Part shown: positions 1 to 7,168 of the stretch, one piece after another
Position numbering within the stretch: position 1 is the first letter of the stretch
Layout of the letters: the number at the start of each line of letters is the position of its first letter
Virus record (IMG/VR): IMGVR_UViG_3300010938_000017
DNA from: a virus
Taxonomy: Duplodnaviria; Heunggongvirae; Uroviricota; Caudoviricetes
Length of the DNA: 20,081 nt
Reading direction: 5' to 3' (one strand)
Position numbers and translations under genes: made by a program
Notes under the pieces: generated by a model
What the model saw: the letters and a program-made list of their open reading frames with translations, nothing else
What the model was told of the DNA's origin: nothing
Database searches by the model: none

Positions 1-143
1 AGTAAATTGTTAATACCTACTGTTAGAACAATTTGACCTTGATATTTAAAGAATAAAAGACCATCTTGCCAATTATAGTCATCGGCAGTAACTCTTTCCC
101 AGGTATTACCACGACCAGTTTTTATATAAACTTCGTATTTCAT
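1..143 (-). CDS. Hypothetical protein, partial (runs off the window start)
   Basis: Not in ORF track. Manual translation from ATG at 143: MKYEVYIKTGRGNTWERVTADDYNWQDGLLFFKYQGQIVLTVGINNL..., open to position 1; ATGA overlap with the stop of 140..367. Confidence 0.7.
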   Translation of the reverse strand, partial: MKYEVYIKTGRGNTWERVTADDYNWQDGLLFFKYQGQIVLTVGINNL

Positions 144-367
144 AAATATATCTTCTCCATATCCCAGATTCTAATACAAACTCGTTTTTTGTTTCGATTC
201 AATTCTACTAGATAACTTTCAAATCCTTTACAGTCTTTTAACATTCTACCAGTTTGACCTTTAAATTCTTCATTAATAACATAAACCATTTCACCATATC
301 GAGTTGGCATCCACATTGAACATCCAGTTGTAAGCAATAAGGATAACATAATTAATGTTTGTCGCAT
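140..367 (-). CDS. Small predicted lipoprotein
   Basis: MRQTLIMLSLLLTTGC: basic N-terminus, hydrophobic core, lipobox-like LTTG-C; coupled to neighbours by overlaps. Confidence 0.65.
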   Translation of the reverse strand: MRQTLIMLSLLLTTGCSMWMPTRYGEMVYVINEEFKGQTGRMLKDCKGFESYLVELNRNKKRVCIRIWDMEKIYL

Positions 368-864
368 ATAGATTTCTCATATATATTTATAATCCAATTA
401 TGAAACTCGGTTAAGGTTCTTATACCTTTACCTCTATTACAATATTTACAGGCAGTAACACAATTAAATTTAGTATATCCTTTTTTATTATTTAGTCGAT
501 CAATTCCATTATATTGTAATGAGCTACGAGTATTTTTATTTTCTGGTTTTGATCCACAATATGAACATTTATTAAATATTAAATGTCTAACTTGTTCTTT
601 AATTAAATTAAATTTTAAATTTCGAGTTTTAGCTTGCCTTTTATATCGTGTAAAAACGTTGTTTAAAACTCCATTAATTCTTCTAATATAACTGCAAGAT
701 TTAGTGACTCCCATAGTTAGATTGTGTCTTCTTACTTTAATTTTATTTCTACAATCACATCTACAAAGCCAAATAGATCTTCCAACTTCCTTATGAATAA
801 ATTTCACTATAGTTAAATTACTAAAATAAATTCCGGTTAAATCTCTAGGAAATGATTTTTTCAT
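352..864 (-). CDS. HNH-family homing endonuclease-like protein with N-terminal DLTG/CxCDC domain
   Basis: N-terminal DLTG..F..LTI...WLCRCDC...L..G.TKSC typical of phage HNH/AP2 endonucleases; C-terminal CSYCG and NGIDR..N.KGY..NCVTACKYCN..K (HNH-like with zinc ligands). Confidence 0.8.
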   Translation of the reverse strand: MKKSFPRDLTGIYFSNLTIVKFIHKEVGRSIWLCRCDCRNKIKVRRHNLTMGVTKSCSYIRRINGVLNNVFTRYKRQAKTRNLKFNLIKEQVRHLIFNKCSYCGSKPENKNTRSSLQYNGIDRLNNKKGYTKFNCVTACKYCNRGKGIRTLTEFHNWIINIYEKSICDKH

Positions 865-1232
865 AGATCTTTATTACACTTCTTACAAACCATTTTGGTT
901 GTAGCAAAACCAACATCGATTGGTTGATGAATACAAGGTGGAGGACCTGGATTTTTATAAATTACTCCGTATTCTGCTTTATTAATATCAAATAAACTTT
1001 CTTCATTAATCTTCAAGATACCTTCGCCATACACAAGTGCATCACGAATCGCATCACTGGCTCCTCTTGAACCAAAATAACGTTGTTGGTCCTTTTCAAA
1101 ATGTTCAGCCATAGCATCTGCTTTTTCTTTTTCGAACCGCTTAAGATATTCAATCTCAGCTTCCATTGCTTTAAATTGTTCAGGCAAAAAAATTGGCAGG
1201 TCATTATTTTTATTAGTATTCCATATACTCAT
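861..1232 (-). CDS. Hypothetical protein with C-terminal putative zinc ribbon
   Basis: ORF coupled by ATGA overlaps at both ends; C-terminal C.H...VCKKC motif. Confidence 0.7.
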   Translation of the reverse strand: MSIWNTNKNNDLPIFLPEQFKAMEAEIEYLKRFEKEKADAMAEHFEKDQQRYFGSRGASDAIRDALVYGEGILKINEESLFDINKAEYGVIYKNPGPPPCIHQPIDVGFATTKMVCKKCNKDL

Positions 1233-1481
1233 ATAATTCCTAACTCAAAAGGGTATTCTGTTAAAAGAACGGCATCTCTACCTAATGCTCGAAACTCTTC
1301 TGCTAAAGCATCACTTTTCTCAATGTCATCAAAACCTACCACATAAGGACCAAATCCTTCCCACTGATACGCAATATACCAACAGAAATATCTCTTAGGA
1401 AGCTTATCCTGCTTTAGAGATTCTTGGATTTTAATACGTAACTCACGATTTAGTTGTTAGTGGAACTTTAAATTCACTCAT
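1229..1481 (-). pseudogene. Frameshifted hypothetical gene (about 83 aa if one base is removed)
   Basis: Not in ORF track. ATG 1481 overlaps the upstream stop and reads MSEFKVPLTTKS then TGA (1445-1443). The +1 frame reads RELRIKIQESLKQDKLPKRYFCWYIAYQWEGFGPYVVGFDDIEKSDALAEEFRALGRDAVLLTEYPFELGII to TGA 1231-1229, overlapping the next ATG. Span 253 = 3x84+1. Confidence 0.65.
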
Positions 1482-2089
1482 TTTTTATCTCTTATTGCTA
1501 AATAGGATTCAATAGCCGAAAAAGACACAGGACGATAATCGTTACCAACTACACCAATATCCCATTGATTATAGGTACGAACCTCATTTCCTTTACGCTT
1601 ATGAGTATGTCCGTGACAATGTAAGTCTTGACCAAAATCAGGAAAAGAATATTCATCGTGTCTAGATTCGCCATGCCACATTTCAAAAGGACGAAAATTT
1701 TTCATCGTTTCACCATCTTGATTAATATTACTTTCTCTAAAAACTCCTCTAAGAGGACAATGAGACATTGTAATTATACTTTTACCAATAGTAGTCATAA
1801 CACCATTAACTACAAGATCAAATCCCATTTCATACATTTTAGACTTCCCTTTATCATGATTGCCCAAAACACAAATCTTTTTACCATTAAGTTTCGGAAT
1901 AATGTCATATCCAGCATTTCTAAATCCAATATCTCCAAGGAAGTAACAGATATCTTCTGGTCTAACAGTCGAATTGTAATTAGCAACTAGCACTCTATGC
2001 ATATCAAATAGATCTTTAAAAGGACGATTATCAAATTTTATTGATTTTTCATGGCCCAAATGCCAATCACTAGTAACGTATTGCTTCAT
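1478..2089 (-). CDS. Calcineurin-like metallophosphoesterase
   Basis: All five motifs present in order: SDWHLGH, LGDIG, GNHD, SHCP, HGHTH. Confidence 0.92.
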   Translation of the reverse strand: MKQYVTSDWHLGHEKSIKFDNRPFKDLFDMHRVLVANYNSTVRPEDICYFLGDIGFRNAGYDIIPKLNGKKICVLGNHDKGKSKMYEMGFDLVVNGVMTTIGKSIITMSHCPLRGVFRESNINQDGETMKNFRPFEMWHGESRHDEYSFPDFGQDLHCHGHTHKRKGNEVRTYNQWDIGVVGNDYRPVSFSAIESYLAIRDKK

Positions 2090-2448
2090 AAAAGGTCTAG
2101 CCGGTAAAAGCTATTCTCCGTTTCAATTTCAAAACTCTCGTTATTAATCTTCTTTACACCCAAAATAGGTGAGGTTCTAAACCATTCATGTATTCCAGAG
2201 ATATAAATTGCTACATAATCTTTACCGTTCCCAATAACGTATGGAGAACCTTTAACCACGTATCCTTTATCAACGTATCGATGACGTTCCTCATTCTTAA
2301 CGCCAGTTTTTTTCAGTTTATAAAACTGGTTAAAATCGATTTGATCAAGTCCAATTTTACGAGCCATCATTAAACAAACGTCCGTATCAATTTTTCCTTC
2401 AAGATCAGGATGGATTCTCATATTATTCACCAATGCAACTTTCTTCAT
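2086..2448 (-). CDS. Hypothetical protein
   Basis: 120-aa ORF, ATGA-coupled to the phosphoesterase; no recognised motif. Confidence 0.7.
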   Translation of the reverse strand: MKKVALVNNMRIHPDLEGKIDTDVCLMMARKIGLDQIDFNQFYKLKKTGVKNEERHRYVDKGYVVKGSPYVIGNGKDYVAIYISGIHEWFRTSPILGVKKINNESFEIETENSFYRLDLL

Positions 2449-2617
2449 CTACAAGCAAAGGCTTTTCTAAGTTTAAATATCCCTGCTTTTGTCCATATTC
2501 CGAAAAATCTACTAAATAATGGTCATTAACTGACTTTAAAACCTTACCGCGAATGGCAGTTTCTTGTTTGCCATCCATATGGGACATATAAATCATTAAA
2601 GTACACCAAATTACCAC
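2423..2617 (-). CDS. Hypothetical protein (start uncertain)
   Basis: Fills the gap between coupled genes; GTG start overlapping the upstream stop; weakly hydrophobic N-terminus. Confidence 0.55.
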   Translation of the reverse strand: MVIWCTLMIYMSHMDGKQETAIRGKVLKSVNDHYLVDFSEYGQKQGYLNLEKPLLVDEESCIGE

Positions 2618-3036
2618 GTTACTACTCCGTTATTAACACTAAACGCACAGTTTTGAACGTCTGTTGTGCGATAATTACCATTACGTATTAATGATAAAAA
2701 CCTATGGCTACCGCTTTCGAAGTACGCCAATAGCTCGCCTGTACTTAACTTTAGTACAACTTCATCAAAGTGTCCAGGATTATCGCCGCAAGGATCGATA
2801 AATTCTACAATAGCATCTATTCCATCCCTACCATCTAAGCCATCACGACCGTCCTGGCCATTATTACCATGTTGTCCATTAGTCACTACTGCGCTAGTAC
2901 CATCGGTACAGGTAATTACTACACCGTTTACGGCGGTTTGAACAGAACAACTCCCACTTTTACCATCCTGTCCATTATCTGGCTTGTCTGCACAACCATT
3001 AAGTAACAAAAGAACTACTACAATAAATGTTCTCAT
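2611..3036 (-). CDS. Collagen-like predicted lipoprotein
   Basis: MRTFIVVVLLLLNGC lipobox; seven Gly-X-Y triplets (GQH GNN GQD GRD GLD GRD GID); Cys-containing C-terminal domain (DPCGD...YRTTDVQNC). Confidence 0.8.
   Translation of the reverse strand: MRTFIVVVLLLLNGCADKPDNGQDGKSGSCSVQTAVNGVVITCTDGTSAVVTNGQHGNNGQDGRDGLDGRDGIDAIVEFIDPCGDNPGHFDEVVLKLSTGELLAYFESGSHRFLSLIRNGNYRTTDVQNCAFSVNNGVVTW
2815..2877 (-). repeat. Gly-X-Y collagen-like repeat (7 triplets)
   Basis: Direct translation of 63 nt within 2611..3036. Confidence 0.85.
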
Positions 3037-3530
3037 TTATTTTTTAAAGAGATTGACTCTCGATAATCCTTTTTATCAATGGTTAAGATTTGATACTGGG
3101 GATAAAACTGGTTTAAATAGCCTTCATAAGTAAAATCATGATGAATCTTCAAATTTTTTGGAATTATAATTTTATCAACCGGCATTTTAAAGCTATTCAT
3201 GCTTTCTAACTGAGCGTTTGCCATCCTCACCTTTGTAAAAGGATATACAATATGGCCTTCTTCTTTTAAAGACGCAGTAAGTTGATCAAGAATAGTAGGA
3301 TTAGGATGAACCAGTACAATTGTACGGCTTGGAAACCTCATTACCTGGGTGAAGGTAAGGGTATTAGCTTTATCGTCTTTAGTTACACTGATAGGAAGGC
3401 TTAAATCAAATCTTCGTGCCTTTAGCCAAAGTTTAATTGTAGGAACTTCAGCCCATTTCTTAACAAGATCGTCTAAACTGTGTCTAAAAACAAACGTACT
3501 ATTATTTAAATCTAAAATTGCTTTAAGCAT
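3033..3530 (-). CDS. Hypothetical protein
   Basis: 165-aa ORF with AAGGAG Shine-Dalgarno upstream; first gene after the promoter at 3551-3579. Confidence 0.8.
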   Translation of the reverse strand: MLKAILDLNNSTFVFRHSLDDLVKKWAEVPTIKLWLKARRFDLSLPISVTKDDKANTLTFTQVMRFPSRTIVLVHPNPTILDQLTASLKEEGHIVYPFTKVRMANAQLESMNSFKMPVDKIIIPKNLKIHHDFTYEGYLNQFYPQYQILTIDKKDYRESISLKNK

Positions 3531-3550
3531 AACATTACTCCTTAACTAGA

Positions 3551-3579
3551 AGTATATTATGTCTTAAGTGTTAATGCAA
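3551..3579 (-). promoter_or_regulatory. sigma70-type promoter
   Basis: TTGCAT (3579-3574), 17 bp, TATACT (3556-3551), followed by AAGGAG and ATG 3530. Confidence 0.65.
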
Positions 3580-3775
3580 CTTTCGCTAGAAGAGTGTCTC
3601 GAAATGAGGCAACTTCTTCCTTTTGGTGACAAGTAATTCGCATTTGACAGCCATCTACAACTAAATCGAAGTGATGGGTAATAGTACTAGTATGATGATA
3701 AACGATATTATCAATTTTACTCACAAAGCTGACCTTCGAAGGATCAACAAAATTATCATTAAGATTTAGTAACAC
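3557..3775 (-). CDS. Hypothetical protein
   Basis: 72-aa ORF, TTG start directly after the upstream stop, purine-rich SD-like sequence upstream. Confidence 0.6.
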   Translation of the reverse strand: MLLNLNDNFVDPSKVSFVSKIDNIVYHHTSTITHHFDLVVDGCQMRITCHQKEEVASFRDTLLAKVALTLKT

Positions 3776-4210
3776 CTATCTCCCCTTTTTAAATAATAGG
3801 TCTAAGTAATAATCTCGGTTAGCGTTGAAAACGTTCCCAGCCATACCGAAAGGATTCATAATTGAATACCCTGGATCATGGTCGAGATTTAAGTCACAAT
3901 GTCCCATCTCATGGTATACCAACACCCGTTTTTCAGCATTCGATGCATGGGACCAAAACGTTGGGTCAATTTCTATGTATCGCCAAGGGCCTCGATAATA
4001 ACAAACTCCATCGTAGCCTTCTTGATACAAACTTTTAAAGTAAATATCGATCTTACGAATTGCAGATGTGCCTTGAAAAGCTTTCTTATCATTAACATAC
4101 ATCATCACATATGGCAGTATTGCCTTATCGATAAACGCAGGTTTATGAGTATCGAATTTTCCACAAGCAGCTAAGAATAAAAATAAACTAAGACTTAGTA
4201 TTCTTACCAT
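3776..4210 (-). CDS. Lipoprotein zinc metalloprotease (metzincin/matrixin-like)
   Basis: Lipobox FLAA-C; zinc motif HEMGHCDLNLDH; Met-turn-like SIMNP downstream. Confidence 0.8.
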   Translation of the reverse strand: MVRILSLSLFLFLAACGKFDTHKPAFIDKAILPYVMMYVNDKKAFQGTSAIRKIDIYFKSLYQEGYDGVCYYRGPWRYIEIDPTFWSHASNAEKRVLVYHEMGHCDLNLDHDPGYSIMNPFGMAGNVFNANRDYYLDLLFKKGR

Positions 4211-4511
4211 TACGAGTCGCCATTCTATCCATATTTACATCGTGAGAAACGGTTTCAGTATTTCCAGGAGTGTTGTTGGTTCTATTGCCATCTTTGTGGT
4301 CAACTTCTGTTCCTGAATTACCTTTGGCCAACTCAATTAAAGTATGAACAAAACGAGTTTTACGAACTCCATCCTTTCGGAGATCGACTCGTAGATATCC
4401 ATCATCATCCTTTCGAGGAGATAACTTATTCCCATCAGGCCCAAAAACATCGCCACCAGCATTAATAGTATAACCAGGAAAACCTGGAATCGGCTTGCGT
4501 CCTTCACTCAT
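4188..4511 (-). CDS. NUMOD4-HNH endonuclease-like protein
   Basis: N-terminal PIPGFPGY.IN..GDV...GYLRVDL (NUMOD4-like); FVHTLI...EVDHKDGNRTNN...N (HNH). Confidence 0.85.
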   Translation of the reverse strand: MSEGRKPIPGFPGYTINAGGDVFGPDGNKLSPRKDDDGYLRVDLRKDGVRKTRFVHTLIELAKGNSGTEVDHKDGNRTNNTPGNTETVSHDVNMDRMATRNGKNTKS

Positions 4512-4684
4512 TTCACCACTCCAATCATTTTAATATCCTGATTGATTGATCGTTTTTCGATCTTCAGCTCAACATTCAATTGTTGTTCAATTGGTTTCTT
4601 CATAGTTTCAGCTAGTGTTTGATCGTCATAAATAGCTATAACGTTTTTATCTTTATCGACTAAAAGATATACTGATCTACTCAT
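4508..4684 (-). CDS. Hypothetical protein (58 aa)
   Basis: Not in ORF track. MSRSVYLLVDKDKNVIAIYDDQTLAETMKKPIEQQLNVELKIEKRSINQDIKMIGVVK; fills the gap, stop overlaps the ATG at 4511. Confidence 0.7.
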   Translation of the reverse strand: MSRSVYLLVDKDKNVIAIYDDQTLAETMKKPIEQQLNVELKIEKRSINQDIKMIGVVK

Positions 4685-4928
4685 TGATTATACTCCAAAT
4701 TCTTGTTTGCGGACTTAAACTACCGTTTTTAACTTTTTGAACAGAAAGAAGAGTTCCAGTATTAATATAAACCGGCTCCCCTTCATCATTGAATTTAAGT
4801 GGAACAAATTCATCTTGAAATGTATCACGAATCATAAAAATAAAGTCCACAGAATTTTCTTCATCACTCTTAATGATATATTCTTGTTGACCAAAAGCTA
4901 CTTTAAAAAAGTTAGTACTTAGTTCCAT
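4677..4928 (-). CDS. Hypothetical protein
   Basis: 83-aa ORF overlapping both neighbours. Confidence 0.7.
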   Translation of the reverse strand: MELSTNFFKVAFGQQEYIIKSDEENSVDFIFMIRDTFQDEFVPLKFNDEGEPVYINTGTLLSVQKVKNGSLSPQTRIWSIINE

Positions 4929-5128
4929 CGTTTTTTATCCTCGTCTTCATTGGGATGTAGTTGATCCATTAGTTCTTCAATTGTGATCATTTTTAGTTTG
5001 CCTTGAGCGTGGGCTTTTTTCACCTTTTTAACCATTAAATAATTTCTGCCTATTATTACACCAATTTGTAATACTTTGTAAACCAACGTAGAACCTATGT
5101 AATATAAAAAAAATGTTAAAAATGTCAT
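4919..5128 (-). CDS. Small single-pass membrane protein
   Basis: Hydrophobic N-terminal segment followed by basic residues; AAAGGA SD upstream. Confidence 0.7.
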   Translation of the reverse strand: MTFLTFFLYYIGSTLVYKVLQIGVIIGRNYLMVKKVKKAHAQGKLKMITIEELMDQLHPNEDEDKKRWN

Positions 5129-5136
5129 ATTATCCT

Positions 5137-5355
5137 TTAGTGTAAATCTGGATCATCACCAGGGTTTGCGTAAATTGAATATTTTTCAATATCATCTAAT
5201 TGACCTAGAACTTTTTCAATATAAGGTAACTGACCAAGAATAAGTCCATTAACCAATTCAGATGACTCATCCATAGCGATACACCATCCAAGCTTTTTAC
5301 ATGCAGTTTGAATTTCTACTATTAACTCTTCGGCAGTCTTCTTTGTTTTCGCCAT
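5137..5355 (-). CDS. Hypothetical protein
   Basis: 72-aa ORF with AGGAGA SD; first gene after the promoter at 5374-5402. Confidence 0.8.
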   Translation of the reverse strand: MAKTKKTAEELIVEIQTACKKLGWCIAMDESSELVNGLILGQLPYIEKVLGQLDDIEKYSIYANPGDDPDLH

Positions 5356-5373
5356 TCCAGTCTCCTAAATCTT

Positions 5374-5402
5374 ATTGTATCAAAATAACCTATCACAGTC
5401 AA
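5374..5402 (-). promoter_or_regulatory. sigma70-type promoter with extended -10
   Basis: TTGACT (5402-5397), 17 bp, TACAAT (5379-5374) preceded by TGn; lies at an intergenic gap upstream of an SD. Confidence 0.75.
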
Positions 5403-5536
5403 CGGCCAATAAGCCCTAATACAAACAAACTAGCTCCAACTCCAAATAATGAAAGTTGAAGAATTGGGGAAAACATCGATGCTACCATCGAAAGTACAAG
5501 AAATCCGGCAGCTAACGTTAGATTTTTATAATTCAT
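5399..5536 (-). CDS. Small two-helix membrane protein (45 aa)
   Basis: Not in ORF track. MNYKNLTLAAGFLVLSMVASMFSPILQLSLFGVGASLFVLGLIGR; ATGA overlap with the upstream stop. Confidence 0.7.
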   Translation of the reverse strand: MNYKNLTLAAGFLVLSMVASMFSPILQLSLFGVGASLFVLGLIGR

Positions 5537-6117
5537 GGTTTCTCCACGTTAAAGAATAATACATGAACAATACGGCACTTATCTAAGGTCCCCCCGTGAT
5601 GACCGTATGTAATAGTTGAATGAAAATAGGATGCAGGGCACATAACTAAACGATTGGCCTTAAATTCAACCCGCTTCCACAATTCCCATTTTTCAGGATC
5701 TAGTGTTTGTGCATCTACAATCTTGTTCTTTTCAGACAAATGGTCCCTTGAGCTTAATTCGATAGAATCAAGTTCCTTATTGCGCCACAAAGCAAAACCA
5801 TCATCCTGGGGGAATTCGCTAGCCTGAACAAAGTAGACTCCAATAAAGTCTGCAAATAAGACATCAGAATGAATCCACATTGGATGCCGATAATCAGGTT
5901 TATCCCGATAGGCTCTTACAAAATTAATAACGTCTTTAAACTTAACGTTACACTCTTCTTCGAGTTTTTTATAAATTTTTTCCCCAGAAATATTTTGTGA
6001 AATGTCTGAGTATTTAATTCCCTGGCTTAATACATTAGCAAACCGAGCGTATTGAAGCCGGTTCTTGTAATCCTTAAAATCATCATCACTCAATACCTCA
6101 TCAAAAACGAAGACCAT
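5533..6117 (-). CDS. 2OG-Fe(II) oxygenase-like protein (DUF6445-like)
   Basis: HxD motif (WIHSD), distal His in NRLVMCPASYFHS, C-terminal R-x-x-x-x-x-FF strand; pattern typical of phage 2OG-Fe(II) dioxygenases. Confidence 0.75.
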   Translation of the reverse strand: MVFVFDEVLSDDDFKDYKNRLQYARFANVLSQGIKYSDISQNISGEKIYKKLEEECNVKFKDVINFVRAYRDKPDYRHPMWIHSDVLFADFIGVYFVQASEFPQDDGFALWRNKELDSIELSSRDHLSEKNKIVDAQTLDPEKWELWKRVEFKANRLVMCPASYFHSTITYGHHGGTLDKCRIVHVLFFNVEKP

Positions 6118-6245
6118 TATTCCTCAGCTTTCAGAATTGATACTACTTCTAAAAGAGCATCAATCTTTTCTTCTTTGTTTAAGCGATTAAAAAAAGTAAG
6201 CGCCATTGTTCGGTACAACTCTACTTTTTCAGCTAAAAGGTCCAC
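6117..6245 (-). CDS. Hypothetical protein (42 aa)
   Basis: Not in ORF track. GTG start: MDLLAEKVELYRTMALTFFNRLNKEEKIDALLEVVSILKAEE; TAATG coupling to the oxygenase start. Confidence 0.6.
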   Translation of the reverse strand: MDLLAEKVELYRTMALTFFNRLNKEEKIDALLEVVSILKAEE

Positions 6246-6484
6246 TCGAAGCTGATCCTTTTGTCTGTCATCACTTTCGCTATTCCGGTTATCCATCCAC
6301 CATATTCTTTCAGTTGCTTAGGAATATATTTTTTTTCAAGCTGCTTAACATTCTTATTCAGTCCTGACTGTATATATGTCGCTTTCATTAACGCTTTATA
6401 TGCACCATTAGTATCAGATGCAGGACTTCTGGTGGTGCTAATACTGATAGCAGTCGATAATACAAATACCGTTAACGGCCCCAC
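6233..6484 (-). CDS. Small predicted exported protein
   Basis: Hydrophobic N-terminus (LTVFVLSTAISIS) followed by TTRSPAS; overlaps the subtilase stop. Confidence 0.65.
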   Translation of the reverse strand: MGPLTVFVLSTAISISTTRSPASDTNGAYKALMKATYIQSGLNKNVKQLEKKYIPKQLKEYGGWITGIAKVMTDKRISFEWTF

Positions 6485-7161
6485 ACAAATCCTTCTTTTT
6501 GTAACCGTTGAGCCTCACGTATCACTTTAGCAGTAAAGTTGGCAGTAGCTTGACTTGTACCATTAAAGGTTTCACCAAATGCAGTTTGATAATCCCCGTC
6601 TTCCATAATATCAACTATTGAACCGTAATTAGAAATATGCGGAGTAGTTTTACTACCTACTACAAAAATACGAGAATCATAACAAGCAGGATAGTAGTAA
6701 CAGTTCTTATCAAGATTTCTTTTATCATTTCCGGCTGCAAAAATTAAAGTGGTACCACGATCTAGAAGTTTTAGAACAATCTGTTTCTCAACTGGATCTT
6801 CTCCAGCACCGCCACCGCTTAAATTAATGATATCAGCTTTAATATCATAGGCGTATTGTAAAGCCTGGTTATAATAAACTCCCTTTTTTCCATAAGCCTT
6901 AATGATAACAATACAATAATTTTGAGCGTCTGCGTTATTAACGATTAATCCGACTATATTAGTGCCGTGACCGTGATAGTCTTCTAAACCCTCACCAGTA
7001 AAGTCCTTATGTCCAGTGTTACACAGACGGGCGCTAGGACGATATACCTGCTTTAAACCAGTATCAATAACTGCTACTTTAATAATTTTATCACCAAAAG
7101 CGTCTAAACTCCATAAAGTTGCTGCCAAAAATAGTAGTCTTTTCACATACTTCTTATACAT
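6472..7161 (-). CDS. S8 subtilisin-like serine peptidase with signal peptide
   Basis: Catalytic Asp (VAVIDTG), His (HGHGT), oxyanion Asn (AAGND), Ser (GTSQA); signal peptide MYKKYVKRLLFLAATLWSLDAFG. Start moved from the track's TTG 7197 (which is the -35 box) to ATG 7161. Confidence 0.9.
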   Translation of the reverse strand: MYKKYVKRLLFLAATLWSLDAFGDKIIKVAVIDTGLKQVYRPSARLCNTGHKDFTGEGLEDYHGHGTNIVGLIVNNADAQNYCIVIIKAYGKKGVYYNQALQYAYDIKADIINLSGGGAGEDPVEKQIVLKLLDRGTTLIFAAGNDKRNLDKNCYYYPACYDSRIFVVGSKTTPHISNYGSIVDIMEDGDYQTAFGETFNGTSQATANFTAKVIREAQRLQKEGFVWGR

Positions 7162-7168
7162 AACGTTA

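Noticed and set aside
1443-1460. Partial match to the late motif on the minus strand (CTAACAACT-N6-TGA) at the frameshift site
   Set aside because: Only 8/11 core positions match and the spacing is off by one; likely chance in AT-rich coding DNA.
6386-6400. Third match to the CATTAAG-N-CTTAATG palindrome
   Set aside because: Mid-gene, not near a promoter; shows the level of chance matching.
6472-7161. Subtilase as prohead maturation protease
   Set aside because: It has a signal peptide, is transcribed away from the head genes, and P22-like heads with a separate scaffold need no protease.
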